Assembly (NCBI GenBank): GCA_029775855.1
Contig: JARVJZ010000004.1
Span: 96,001-160,000, forward strand
DNA from: Nitrososphaeria archaeon
Lineage (GTDB): Archaea > Thermoproteota > Nitrososphaeria > Nitrososphaerales > JAAOZN01
Direction of reading: 5' to 3'
Length of the DNA stretch: 64,000 bases
A model generated the notes under the pieces. The model ran no database searches and was not told the DNA's origin. It worked only from the letters and a program-made list of their open reading frames with translations. Of the stretch, positions 20,422 through 30,804 are shown in pieces. Position numbers and translations under genes: made by a program. Numbering within the stretch: position 1 is the stretch's first letter; the number at the start of each line of letters is the position of its first letter.

Positions 20422-21795
20422 ATGTGTAGCATAAAGGTAGAAAGAGCTTCTTGGATAATAACACTTGACCAAAAACGGCGTATCATAAAGGACGGATCTA
20501 TCTACATCGAAGATGGAAGGATTGTAGCAGTCGAAAAAGCAGATAAACTAAAACTTGAAGGCGCTGACATAGTCATAGAAGGGTTAAACAAAGTCATCAC
20601 ACCCGGCTTCATAAATAATCATATGCACATCAGCTACGCTCACCCAGTTAGAGGCATCTTCCCAGATGACCTACCACTCATGACTTATCTGAACTACGTG
20701 TTCAAGCTGCAGTCCGCAATGAAGCCCCACGAAGAATATTACGCCACACTCTTGGCGGTGACTGAACTCCTGAAAAGCGGCTGCACCTGTTTCGCAGACC
20801 CAGGGAGCATAGGCAGCCTCGAATCTGGAGTTAAAGCCATTCTAGACGCTGGGATAAGGGCAGTAGTCGGTAGAGACGTGGTAGATAAGCCTAACCCGCT
20901 ACATCTTCCTGTTAGAGAAACTGAGGAGGCGGTTAAGATGTTGGAGGAGACGCTAAGAGCGTATTCCGATTTATCAAACGGTAGAGTAAAGGCGTGGGTT
21001 ACTGTCTTCTCACCAGACTACGCAAGCGACGAGCTGCTAATCAAAGCGAAGGAGCTTGCTGATAGATACCGTACCGTGCTCACGCTACACACATCTTTTA
21101 GCGAAGAGGGTGTTAAGAACTTTGAGGCAAATAGGGGTAGAAGACCAATAGAACACCTAGCACACTTAGGAGTCTTAGGTGAAAACGTGCTTCTCTCACA
21201 CGCGTTAGTGGTAAATGAGAGAGAGATCGGCTTACTGGCTAAAAGCGGAGCCAAAGTTGTGCATTGCCCTTCTGCGGCGGTCAGAGGATTTGGAGCAACC
21301 AAGTTCGGTAGGTTTCCAGAGATGTTAGATAAAGGTATACACGTAAGTCTGGGGAGCGATGCTGCAAACTCATCTTACTATCTAGACATGGTTAGGCTGA
21401 TGTATCTAGCCATGGTTCTCTACAAGGATGCGAAGTTGAATAAAGCTGTTATGCCACCTGAGGTAGCGCTAGAAATGGGAACTATTAACGGGGCTTGGGG
21501 GCTTGGGTTAAATGAAGAAGTAGGCTCAATAGAAGTCGGTAAGAAGGCTGATCTAGTAGTATTTGACACGAAGAGGGCTGAATGGAGGTCAATATTCTAT
21601 CCTGTAAACAACCTAATATATTCTGCTGACGGTAGAAGTGTTGATACAGTTATAGTTGATGGCAGAATAGTTGTTCAATCAGGCACACCCCGATACGTTA
21701 ACGAACAAGATTTGTGTGGAAGGGTGCAAGAGATCGGCGAAGACATCCTTAAGCGAACAAATGTATCATTCAACTACAGATGGCAAGTTGAGTAG
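20422..21795 (+). CDS. Metal-dependent amidohydrolase (MTA/SAH deaminase or AtzA/B-like)
   Basis: PGFINNHMH, VVHCPS, LGSD, GSIEVGKKADLV. Confidence 0.88.
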   Translation: MCSIKVERASWIITLDQKRRIIKDGSIYIEDGRIVAVEKADKLKLEGADIVIEGLNKVITPGFINNHMHISYAHPVRGIFPDDLPLMTYLNYVFKLQSAMKPHEEYYATLLAVTELLKSGCTCFADPGSIGSLESGVKAILDAGIRAVVGRDVVDKPNPLHLPVRETEEAVKMLEETLRAYSDLSNGRVKAWVTVFSPDYASDELLIKAKELADRYRTVLTLHTSFSEEGVKNFEANRGRRPIEHLAHLGVLGENVLLSHALVVNEREIGLLAKSGAKVVHCPSAAVRGFGATKFGRFPEMLDKGIHVSLGSDAANSSYYLDMVRLMYLAMVLYKDAKLNKAVMPPEVALEMGTINGAWGLGLNEEVGSIEVGKKADLVVFDTKRAEWRSIFYPVNNLIYSADGRSVDTVIVDGRIVVQSGTPRYVNEQDLCGRVQEIGEDILKRTNVSFNYRWQVE

Positions 21796-21803
21796 AGATA
21801 CAG

Positions 21804-22718
21804 TCACTTAAGCAACAGTTTAATCTTATCTTGAAGAGCTCCGTAAACCCCTTTCCTGAATCTTAATACAACGGTAAGAGTTACGATGCCTAGAATAAGA
21901 GTTCTATATGGACCCAAGGCTCTCAAATATTCGTTAAAGAATGTTACAGTATAAGCCCCAATAAGCGGTCCCGGTAAAGTGCCCCATCCGCCGAGCAATA
22001 TCATTACCAAGGCTTGGAAGGTAAGGTCAAATGAGAGTACACCAGGCCCTACTACACCAAGGTAATGGGCATAGAGCGAACCCGCTAATCCGGTTAAGGT
22101 TGAGGATATCGTGAAAGCCAATATCTTGTATTTAACCACATTAACACCCATAGCCTCAGCGAGGTCTTCATCTTCCCTAATAAGTTTGAAGCCATACCCC
22201 AGCCTACTGCGCAGTATCAAGGTAAGTATAATTGTGGTTAGAAGTGCATAACTTACGAAGATGAAGTAGTTGAGGGAAGGCTCAGCAGAAACTTTAGGTA
22301 CGCCGGTTAAACCGTCTTCACCACCCGTAAATTCAGAGAAAGAGTATACTAGGTTGACTAAAACAAGGTTGCTAAGCGCGGTCACAAGCAGCAGAAACGG
22401 GCCTTTAGCCCTAAGCGTCAAGAATCCTAAGAGAAGCCCAGCTGCTGAAGAGATAAAGGTGGAGACTGGTATAGTTAAGGCTAAAGGTAAACCTATCATA
22501 GCGCTTAGATAGGCCGACACATACCCACCAGTTCCAAAGAAGATTGCGTGGCCTAGGTTTACTTGTCCGACATAGGCTGCAGTGAAGTTAAGTGTCGCAG
22601 CGTAAATGGCATAAGCTGAGCCGAAGATCATAATTGTTAGCAGATATCTATCTCCAGTAATCCCTATAACGTAAAGCAGTAAGACAGCACATAACACCGC
22701 TAAAACAGTTTTGTTCAA
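21804..22718 (-). CDS. livM: Liv-type ABC permease LivM
   Basis: GQVNLGHA, TGGEDGL, IREDEDLAEAMGVN. Confidence 0.88.
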   Translation of the reverse strand: MNKTVLAVLCAVLLLYVIGITGDRYLLTIMIFGSAYAIYAATLNFTAAYVGQVNLGHAIFFGTGGYVSAYLSAMIGLPLALTIPVSTFISSAAGLLLGFLTLRAKGPFLLLVTALSNLVLVNLVYSFSEFTGGEDGLTGVPKVSAEPSLNYFIFVSYALLTTIILTLILRSRLGYGFKLIREDEDLAEAMGVNVVKYKILAFTISSTLTGLAGSLYAHYLGVVGPGVLSFDLTFQALVMILLGGWGTLPGPLIGAYTVTFFNEYLRALGPYRTLILGIVTLTVVLRFRKGVYGALQDKIKLLLK

Positions 22719-22720
22719 AT

Positions 22721-23593
22721 CTACTTCCTCCCTAAGATCCCATAAGGTCTGATCTGGATAGCTAAGATAGCGATGATCAACGGAATTATTCCTCTAAGCT
22801 GGCTTCCGAAAATGTAAATCGCTGCTGTTTCAGAATATCCTAGCAGCAGTCCAGCCAATATGGCTCCAGGTATACTTCCGAGACCTCCCAGTATCGTGAC
22901 TGTAAATATGGGCACAATCGGGTCTAGGATCGTTGTAGGCGTCACAACCTCAAGAGACACAAAGAGTACACCAGCCAGCGAAGCTAATGTAGATGAAATC
23001 ATCAGAGTTAGTAGATAGTACTTCTGAACACTTAAACCCAGCAACCTTAAAGCTAAAGAGTCTTGTGAAGCTGCTCTAATCGCTTTACCCGCTCTAGTCT
23101 TTCTAAGGAATATGTGAAGCAGCAGTAGTGCTAAGACTGATGTAGGAACGAGGATGAAGCGTTGAAGAACCATATTTACTCCAAATATTGATATATTACC
23201 CTCTACTATCGTAGGCACACCACGGGGCTGCGGAGAGAAGAGAAGCATAAAGACCTGTGTCATAGCTATCACGAGTAGGAATGTGGCTGTGATGGTGAGT
23301 TCGTGGTTTTCCATTATCGGCCTAATGAGAACGGTGAAGAGAGCAAGATCAACTAACACAGCGATAATTATTGCAAGCGGCAAAGCCAAAACTGCGCTCA
23401 ACCCTACAACCCTAACTAGATAATAAAACAAGTAGGCTGAGAGTGCGTATGAAAGACCGTATGCTACATTCACTATCTTAGTAACACCGTAGAGTAATGT
23501 GAAGCCAGAAGCTATAAGTATCCAAGTTGCACTTATCGACGCGCCGAAAAGCAGATACTCAGCCAACAAAGTTGACATATTAAACTCACCCAA
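22721..23593 (-). CDS. livH: Liv-type ABC permease LivH
   Basis: ASGFTLLYGV…NVAYG, GKAIRAASQD, LGGLGSIPGA. Confidence 0.88.
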   Translation of the reverse strand: MGEFNMSTLLAEYLLFGASISATWILIASGFTLLYGVTKIVNVAYGLSYALSAYLFYYLVRVVGLSAVLALPLAIIIAVLVDLALFTVLIRPIMENHELTITATFLLVIAMTQVFMLLFSPQPRGVPTIVEGNISIFGVNMVLQRFILVPTSVLALLLLHIFLRKTRAGKAIRAASQDSLALRLLGLSVQKYYLLTLMISSTLASLAGVLFVSLEVVTPTTILDPIVPIFTVTILGGLGSIPGAILAGLLLGYSETAAIYIFGSQLRGIIPLIIAILAIQIRPYGILGRK

Positions 23594-24302
23594 AATACTG
23601 GCTTATCAAGCTCTTTGAGAGCAGTATCTCACGTGATAAACCACTTAACGTAATTTCACCCCTAGTTATTAGGTAAGATCTATGGGAATGCTCTAATGCA
23701 GCATATGCATTCTGTTCAGTAAAAAGTATGGATACCCCGCTTTCGCTTAACGCCTCCATCGTTTTAAGTAGAGAAGAGACAAGTTTAGGGGAAAGACCGG
23801 TTGAAGGCTCATCTACAAGAAGAAACTTTGGCCTAGCCATTATACCCCTAGCTATAGCCAGCATCTGTTGTTCACCTCCGCTGAGTGCTTTCGCTAACTG
23901 CTTTCTCTTCTCTTTGAGCGCTGGGAAAAGATTGTAGACTACGTCAAGAGAATCTCTATATCTTCTCCTAGCTTCCTCTAAGTATGCACCTAACTCCAAA
24001 TTCTCTTCGCAGCTCATATTAGGGAATAGTCTACGATCATCTGGAACCAAAACCACTCCTAGTTGCGCGACTCTTTCAGGCTCTTTACGCGTGATATCTA
24101 TACTGTCGATAGATACCGTTCCCTCGAATATGTCTGCTATCCCTACGATACCCTTAAGTATGGTCGTTTTACCAGCCCCATTAGGGCCGACTAAACTCAC
24201 TATCTCCTGCCTTCCAACCTCTAAGGAAATGTTCTTAACAACTTTGAAGGGTTTGTAACCCGCTGTGAGGTTACTTAGCCTCAGCATATTTGACTTCGCC
24301 AA
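23586..24302 (-). CDS. livF: Liv-type ABC ATPase LivF
   Basis: GPNGAGKTT, LSGGEQQMLA, EQNAYAAL. Confidence 0.9.
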   Translation of the reverse strand: MAKSNMLRLSNLTAGYKPFKVVKNISLEVGRQEIVSLVGPNGAGKTTILKGIVGIADIFEGTVSIDSIDITRKEPERVAQLGVVLVPDDRRLFPNMSCEENLELGAYLEEARRRYRDSLDVVYNLFPALKEKRKQLAKALSGGEQQMLAIARGIMARPKFLLVDEPSTGLSPKLVSSLLKTMEALSESGVSILFTEQNAYAALEHSHRSYLITRGEITLSGLSREILLSKSLISQYFG

Positions 24303-25008
24303 TGTAAGATTCTATCACGTACCTATTACTTAGAACATCATTTGGGCTTCCGTCTGCTATAATCGCGCCCTTATTTAAGACGACAACGCGTGGGCAAAGA
24401 TTTATGATAGTTGGAAGGACGTGGTCTACTACAATTAGTGTCCTTTGTTTTGTGTGGAAGCTCCTTATTAGATTCAACATGTTTTCACGTTCATCATCAG
24501 ATAGACCAGCTGTAACCTCATCGAATAACGCTACTTTGGCGTCTGAGACAAGTATCCTAGCTAATTCGAGCTTCTTTAAACCGGCTGCAGGTAGCAAAGT
24601 TGGGTACTGATCAAGACGATCACCTAACCCGATCCGCTCAAGAACCTTTATGCATTTAGCTTTTGCTTTATTTAAATCTATGTTGGAGTCTTCGAATAGA
24701 AGTGAAACTAATACGTTTTCTAACACTGTGAGGTTTTTAGCAGGTTTAGGTATTTGGAAAGTTCTTGCGACGCCTAATCTGCGTATCATATGAGGCTTCA
24801 GCCTAAGGATATCAACCCCATCTAGTATCACTTTTCCAGCATCAGGCTTTAGGAAGCCTGAGACTATGTTTAGAAGGGTGGTTTTGCCTGCCCCGTTAGG
24901 TCCTATTATGCCTAAAATGTCCCCTTCGTTCAAGCTGAAGGAGACGTTATCAAGTACTTTGTTGCTACCGAAGCTTTTGTTCACACCTTCTACTGTGAGA
25001 TGTGGCAG
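24271..25008 (-). CDS. livG: Liv-type ABC ATPase LivG (probable CTG start at 25008)
   Basis: GPNGAGKTT, ARTFQIP; in-frame upstream LPHLTVEG preceded by a GAGGTG RBS. Confidence 0.88.
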   Translation of the reverse strand: MPHLTVEGVNKSFGSNKVLDNVSFSLNEGDILGIIGPNGAGKTTLLNIVSGFLKPDAGKVILDGVDILRLKPHMIRRLGVARTFQIPKPAKNLTVLENVLVSLLFEDSNIDLNKAKAKCIKVLERIGLGDRLDQYPTLLPAAGLKKLELARILVSDAKVALFDEVTAGLSDDERENMLNLIRSFHTKQRTLIVVDHVLPTIINLCPRVVVLNKGAIIADGSPNDVLSNRYVIESYIGEVKYAEAK

Positions 25009-25042
25009 TGTTGATGCACCTCGTTTCGGTAGGTTTAGTTGT

Positions 25043-26320
25043 TTATAGTTTTATCCAGCTTGGTAAAATCAGTTCTGCGGTCTTGAAGCGGTCTGGTGAT
25101 ACTGTCTCTAACCTATCTTTGTATCCGTATGCGGCGAGCTGCCACTGGTTTACGAAGGGGTAGAAGTTGGGGGGTTCCCTTACGACGTCGTGCCGTTGGT
25201 TATATCTGTATGTGCCTAACGCGCCTTCAACTTGTATTCCTTCTAAAGCTTTAACTATATCTTCGGCCTTTGTTGAACCCGCTTTCTCTATCGCAGCTGC
25301 AAGCACCATAAATGTATCGTATCCTTCAAATGAGCCTCGTGGTAGCCTACCGCCAGCTTTACTCAATATAGCATCTCTAACTTCTGGTGTCTTTCTTGTC
25401 ATATTGCTGTTGTAGTTGTAGTCTCCAACGAGGATCTCTGAGTGGCAAGCCCCTTCTGTCCACTTTGGGTAATCTGTGTCGCTACCAACCCAGTCTCCAA
25501 AACCTATTATGTAAGGCGGTTTGAGAGTTGACCACTGCTTGAGTATAGTAACGTTTTCAGCGACTATGTGATTGTTGAACATGAGCATCTGGGTAGCTGC
25601 TGAAGCAGCCTTAGAGAGTTCTACGGAGAAGTCTTTGGTCCCGATTGGGAAGATGCTTTCATAAACTATTTTGAAAGGTTCTTTGAGTTCGGAATTTATC
25701 CTTTTTATCCCCTCGGTGATCTGTTTCGCGTAAAGCTGGTCGCTAGTTAATATGGAAACATTATTCCAACTGGTCTTCTCTCTAATGAACTTGAGAGCCT
25801 CTACAACTAACTCAGAGTAGTGTGGTGTTGTTCCGATTCCTGTATGGAAGTAGTATTTGTATCTGTTGTAGTTCTTTTCAACATTATCTACAAGTGAATA
25901 GCTCGAAACGTAGGTGGAGAGGAAAGGAAGCTTGTTATCAGCCACTACTTCTTGAACCGGCAGCACAACTATTGTGCTTAAACCTCCGACCGCTGCTACT
26001 ACGCCTTCGTTTACAAGCCTCGTCATCGCGTTGACCCCTTCGGTTGCTTGATTCTTATCGTCTCCGTAGATTAGTTCTATAGGCCTGCCGAGTATGCCTC
26101 CCTTCTTCTCTAACTCTTCTTTTGCAACTTCAACGCCTATCTTAAGGGCTTCCCCTAATACAGCAATTGGTCCTGAGAAGTCTGCAAGCACACCTATTTT
26201 AACCGCCTCTTTCTTCTGTGTGGTGCCTAGATAAATGTAGGCAGCGTAGCCTGCTGCTGCAGCGGCAGCAATGCCAGCTGTGGCATAAATGAATCTTCTT
26301 CTACTCACTTTGCTGCTCAT
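25043..26320 (-). CDS. Liv-type substrate-binding protein with Tat signal
   Basis: SRRRFI followed by an Ala-rich h-region; KIGVLADFSGP, GGILGRPIEL. Confidence 0.88.
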   Translation of the reverse strand: MSSKVSRRRFIYATAGIAAAAAAGYAAYIYLGTTQKKEAVKIGVLADFSGPIAVLGEALKIGVEVAKEELEKKGGILGRPIELIYGDDKNQATEGVNAMTRLVNEGVVAAVGGLSTIVVLPVQEVVADNKLPFLSTYVSSYSLVDNVEKNYNRYKYYFHTGIGTTPHYSELVVEALKFIREKTSWNNVSILTSDQLYAKQITEGIKRINSELKEPFKIVYESIFPIGTKDFSVELSKAASAATQMLMFNNHIVAENVTILKQWSTLKPPYIIGFGDWVGSDTDYPKWTEGACHSEILVGDYNYNSNMTRKTPEVRDAILSKAGGRLPRGSFEGYDTFMVLAAAIEKAGSTKAEDIVKALEGIQVEGALGTYRYNQRHDVVREPPNFYPFVNQWQLAAYGYKDRLETVSPDRFKTAELILPSWIKL

Positions 26321-26341
26321 ATCGCTTATCCTCCTTTCTTA

Positions 26342-27334
26342 CTAGAAGCTGGGCAGTATCTCTTTAGCAACCTTTTCAACCATCTCCTTTTGCTTAGTAG
26401 TAGTCATTCTAAGTGTGATGACTTTTGCACCAGCATTTACGTACTCTTCTAGCCTCTTGATGCATTTTTCGCGGTTGCCTAGGGCTACCCAAGAGTTTAT
26501 TACTTGTGGGCCGAAGTTTGTCATGTAGTATCGGTCAAGGAAGTCTTTTGACTCTTTGAATGCCTTCTCCTCATCCTCTTCTAGATTTATGTTGTAGTAG
26601 AGTGACTTTTCTAACGTATTTGGGTCTTTACCTATCTTTAGAGCTTCCTCTTTTATTACTCCTAACCCGTGCTTGAATTGTTCTGGTGTTACGAGTGTGG
26701 TCATCCAGCCATCAGCTATTCGTGCTACTCTGTTGAGTCCTCTTCTGATCTGTGCATCTGGTGGGTTAAATGGGTATGGGTTGCTTACAAGCCATATCGG
26801 CGGCCTAGGCTTCTGATATGGCTTTGGCTCTAGGGTTGCATCCTTTAGCTTGTAGAATTTGCCATCGTAGTTTACTTTGTCTTTAGTCCATAGTGCCTTT
26901 ATGATTTCAATGTTCTCTTCAAGTATCTTAGCCCTCTTACCGTAATCAATACCTAAATTATTAAACTCGGTCTGGAAGTCGCCGCCAGCTTCCCTACTAC
27001 CACCACCCATGCACGCTACAAGAATCGTGCGCCCCTTAGAAATCTGGTCTAGTGTAGCCCAGGTGTAAGCTGTGAGAACTGGGTGCCTAAGGGGGAAGCT
27101 AGCCATGCAAGCAACACCTAACTTAACCACTTTCGTTCTCGACGCAACGGCTGCAAGCACTGTTGTAGATTCAAAGCGTGGCTTAGCCATTATGCTGTCA
27201 CCAACCCATACTGAGTCGAAGCCACCTTCCTCACCTATCTCCGCTAGGGTTATTAGAAGGTCTGGCGTTATTTTATCTGGGTATATTAGTGGACCTCTAT
27301 TTGGTAGTGTTAAGCCGAACTTTACTTTACTCAA
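26342..27334 (-). CDS. LLM-class flavin/F420-dependent oxidoreductase
   Basis: GFDSVWVGDS, LRHPVL…ATLDQISKGR, PKPYQKPRPPIW, ADGW. Confidence 0.88.
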   Translation of the reverse strand: MSKVKFGLTLPNRGPLIYPDKITPDLLITLAEIGEEGGFDSVWVGDSIMAKPRFESTTVLAAVASRTKVVKLGVACMASFPLRHPVLTAYTWATLDQISKGRTILVACMGGGSREAGGDFQTEFNNLGIDYGKRAKILEENIEIIKALWTKDKVNYDGKFYKLKDATLEPKPYQKPRPPIWLVSNPYPFNPPDAQIRRGLNRVARIADGWMTTLVTPEQFKHGLGVIKEEALKIGKDPNTLEKSLYYNINLEEDEEKAFKESKDFLDRYYMTNFGPQVINSWVALGNREKCIKRLEEYVNAGAKVITLRMTTTKQKEMVEKVAKEILPSF

Positions 27335-27481
27335 GTTAATAGCACTTATAATAACGCCGTTATATAAAGTTTATGCATCAAATATTAAGCTACACTAAAA
27401 CCAATCAACACTATCGCAACGTCGGTTTAAGCGACACAGAGCAGCTAAACTTTATCTTAAACCAAATCGAAGGGGAGAATA

Positions 27482-27570
27482 GCCGGGATCGCCTAGCCTG
27501 GTAGGGCGCAGGCCTGCTAAGTCTGTGACCCGTATGGGTCTCGTGGGTTCAAATCCCACTCCCGGCGCCA
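27482..27570 (+). tRNA. tRNA-Ser(GCT), intronless, CCA encoded
   Basis: GCCGGGA/TCCCGGC acceptor stem, CAGGC-CT-GCT-AA-GTCTG, long variable arm, TTCAAAT T-loop. Confidence 0.97.
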
Positions 27571-28114
27571 CCTCATATGATTTGGTTTAAGAAGCTGTTT
27601 AGTTTAGAAGATTTGATGTTTTGACCTCCGACTTTTCGGTTAACTATAGATCTTGACTGGTATCTGATTGGTGTCTGCTCTATTAGCATGAAGTTCAAGA
27701 TCTAGAAGGATAGCGCTGCAGGGTATGCTTAGTGCTTGGTGGGCTGGCTCTTATGGGGCTAGGTAGTGTTATGGTGCCTCCTTGCAACATTGAAGGCGAT
27801 CAAATTACTTATCTACTGCTCATCTGTGGTGACAGATGTTCCTGCAACTGCTTCACGCTTTGTCTACGGGACGGTATCGACTTCTAAGATTGGAGGCGGT
27901 GAATGAAGGCTTGTTCTTAGTAAAAGGTGACCCTATAGCTGCGCCATCAAATACTTCCTTTACCTTGAATCTCCTGAGTATGTGTTAACTGCTAGAAATG
28001 CGAATTCATCTCATTGACGATAATATCAAAGACCTCAAAGCCATTCATTTGATAAAGCTTAATGTCCTATCTATAGAGTTTATTTAACCCTTCGATCTAA
28101 TCTTTTCTAGCAGC

Positions 28115-29053
28115 TTGGAGCTAAAGTGTAGGGTCTGTGGAACCAGTTCTGACGAGGAGGACATATTTTGTAGAAGTTGTAGAGTTAGGCTTCTTCAAAG
28201 TAGAAGGTATGACGTTAACAGATTGGACTACGCTTACGCAGCTGATTTAGAGAAGCTTGCACTGCTCAAGGAGCTGGCTACCCCAGCTGCCTTAATCAAA
28301 GCTTTCTACCTTAAAAAGGCTGTCTCTATGCTCGTAAAGGAGGTCTCTGACAGAAGCGCCTTGGTTGAGCGAGGTTCTAAGCTTGGTTGGATGCTTATCA
28401 AATGTGCAGATACATTATGCCTAAAGTATCTGCCTGAGATGTATGTAGATGGTTATGTCGGCTTCAACGCATACTCTTTCGGCTTCGACGAAAAGCCTTA
28501 CGTTGTATTAGGGGAAAGGCTGCTTAAAGTTCTTACAGAAGAGGAGATGACCGCGTTAATAGCTCACGAGCTTGGGCATATAGGATGTGGGCATATGCTC
28601 TACCATACCTTAGCAGAGTTCATCGTTCAAGGCGTAGGCTGGTCAGCGTCAACAATAGGCATACCGCTCTTAGAGACGCCTCTTAGATTAGCGCTGCTCA
28701 GCTGGAGGCGTGAGTCTGAGGTCAGCGCTGATAGAGCCAGCCTACTAGTAGCTGGGAGTGTAGAGGCTGTTAAATCCCTTCTACTGAAGCTCACAACCCT
28801 TAACAAAGAAGTCAGCTGCGGTGATGGAGTTCTTGGGAGCTTGAGTGAGGTTGTTAGCAGCCATCCGCTTGTAGCCAGAAGAATAGCGTTGTTAGAAGAG
28901 TATTATAAAAGTGTTGGATACGCTAAGGCTAGGAGTAAGATCTCTAAAAGAAACTTGGTGCGCCGAGCCTTTGTGCCAATATGTAGGTTCTGTGGAGCAA
29001 AGAAGCCTCCTAGCTCACTCTTCTGTAGCAGCTGCGGTAGGAGCTGCGTGTGA
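28115..29053 (+). CDS. M48 (HtpX-like) zinc metalloprotease with N- and C-terminal zinc ribbons
   Basis: HELGH, ESEVSAD, SHP; CxxC…CxxC at both ends. Confidence 0.88.
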   Translation: MELKCRVCGTSSDEEDIFCRSCRVRLLQSRRYDVNRLDYAYAADLEKLALLKELATPAALIKAFYLKKAVSMLVKEVSDRSALVERGSKLGWMLIKCADTLCLKYLPEMYVDGYVGFNAYSFGFDEKPYVVLGERLLKVLTEEEMTALIAHELGHIGCGHMLYHTLAEFIVQGVGWSASTIGIPLLETPLRLALLSWRRESEVSADRASLLVAGSVEAVKSLLLKLTTLNKEVSCGDGVLGSLSEVVSSHPLVARRIALLEEYYKSVGYAKARSKISKRNLVRRAFVPICRFCGAKKPPSSLFCSSCGRSCV

Positions 29054-29175
29054 GTGTAAATTGATTTGGCACTCTGGTTTAGGTATCAAAATAGGTTAAT
29101 GCGCTTAATGTAGTTCACTTTTCACCGTCGCATTTGTCTGATAATCTTTATAACCTATTAAACTTACCACTATAA

Positions 29176-30804
29176 GTGGTTAAGATGGCTCTAATAGAAA
29201 TTAAGGAAGCCGAAGCTAAGCTTCATGAAGAAATTATCAGAAGGACACAGAGCCTATGCCCAGAATGCAACCGTATACTAGACGCCGAAATCCTAGAGAG
29301 AGACTCAAAGATATATCTGCGGAAAATCTGCCCAGAGCACGGTGAAGTAGAAGAACTCTACTACGGCTCAGCCGAACTATACAAGAAGTTCAGCACCTAT
29401 TGGCGTGATGGAAAAGGGATACAAAATCCCAATGTTCCCGTGGACTCCTGTGCCTGCCCAATGAATTGCGGGCTATGCACAAACCACTTAAGCCACACAG
29501 GTTTAGCGAATATAATAATCACGAACAGATGTGACTTAACTTGCTGGTACTGCTTCTTCTACGTTAAGAAGGGGTTAGAGGGCGCATACGTGTATGAACC
29601 TACATTGGAGCAGATAAGATCTATGGTCAGAACCTTAAGGGCTGAAAGACCTGTCGCAGGTAACTCCATACAGTTAACCGGCGGAGAGCCGACGCTGAGG
29701 GACGACTTGATAGAGATCATCAAGATGATAAAGGAGGAGGGTGTAGATCACGTGCAGCTAAACACGAATGGAATAAACCTAGCTTTAGACCCTCAGCTCG
29801 CCTACAAGATCAAGGAGGCTGGTGTAAGCAACCTCTACATGAGCTTCGACGGTGTGACAGCAAGAACGAACCCTAAGAATCATTGGGAAGCACCTTACGC
29901 CATAGAGAACTGCAGAAGGGCTGGCGTCGGCGTAGTCTTAGTGCCTACTGTAATCAAGGGGATGAATGACCATGAGCTAGGAGCGATAATAAGATATGCT
30001 CAAAAAAACATTGATGTGGTTAGAGCGGTGAACTTCCAACCCGTCTCACTGACAGGTAGGATGGCTAAGCAAGACAGAGAGAAGTATAGGATAACGATAC
30101 CAGACTGCATAAAGGCTATCGAAGAACAGACTAACGGCGAAGTCCCAACAGAAGCTTGGTTCCCGGTGCCCAGCTGCTCACCATTAACCAACTTCATCGA
30201 GGTGTTGACAAATAAACCGAAGTATGAGTTATCGATACATTTTGCCTGCGGCGCAGGAACCTATGTCTTCACAGACGAAGAAGGGAGGCTTATACCGATA
30301 ACGAGCTTCGTAGATGTAAGGGGATTAATCGAATACTTGGAGGAGAAAACAGAGGAGTTAAAGAGCGGTGAAAACAGATACAAAGTGATGGCTCATATGC
30401 TTCTAAAGCTTGGGTCATTTATAGATAAAGCTAAGCAGCCTAAGGGACTCAACCTAACAAAGATGCTACTCAAAATCATCTTAAGGCACGACTACTCATC
30501 TGTTGGGGAGTGGCACAGGAGAAGCCTCTTCCTAGGTATGATGCACTTCCAGGACAAGTATAACCACGATGCTGAGAGGGTTCAGCGCTGTGACATACAT
30601 TACCTTACACCAGACTTGAGGATAATACCGTTCTGCTCATTCAACGTGATACCTGAGTGGTATAGAGACAGGATTCAGAAGAAGTACGGCATACCAGTAG
30701 AAGAATGGGAGAAGATACACGGTCAAAAAATAGAAGACAAGCTCTACAAAGGCACGCTACGAAAGGGTGAGAAAGCCGCATATAGCTGCGGCCAGTGCCT
30801 ATAA
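29176..30804 (+). CDS. tes: Radical SAM tetraether lipid synthase (Tes/GDGT-MAS)
   Basis: SLCPEC…CPEHG, CPxxCGLC, CDLTCWYC, TGGEPT, HFACG, MHFQD, RCDIHY…IPFC. Confidence 0.9.
   Translation: MVKMALIEIKEAEAKLHEEIIRRTQSLCPECNRILDAEILERDSKIYLRKICPEHGEVEELYYGSAELYKKFSTYWRDGKGIQNPNVPVDSCACPMNCGLCTNHLSHTGLANIIITNRCDLTCWYCFFYVKKGLEGAYVYEPTLEQIRSMVRTLRAERPVAGNSIQLTGGEPTLRDDLIEIIKMIKEEGVDHVQLNTNGINLALDPQLAYKIKEAGVSNLYMSFDGVTARTNPKNHWEAPYAIENCRRAGVGVVLVPTVIKGMNDHELGAIIRYAQKNIDVVRAVNFQPVSLTGRMAKQDREKYRITIPDCIKAIEEQTNGEVPTEAWFPVPSCSPLTNFIEVLTNKPKYELSIHFACGAGTYVFTDEEGRLIPITSFVDVRGLIEYLEEKTEELKSGENRYKVMAHMLLKLGSFIDKAKQPKGLNLTKMLLKIILRHDYSSVGEWHRRSLFLGMMHFQDKYNHDAERVQRCDIHYLTPDLRIIPFCSFNVIPEWYRDRIQKKYGIPVEEWEKIHGQKIEDKLYKGTLRKGEKAAYSCGQCL

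Noticed and set aside
27600-28060. Non-coding 450 nt after tRNA-Ser(GCT) with short ORF fragments and a 10-bp inverted repeat (27647-27656/27695-27704)
   Set aside because: Possibly a decayed gene, but no family, att duplication or target-site duplication could be recognised.
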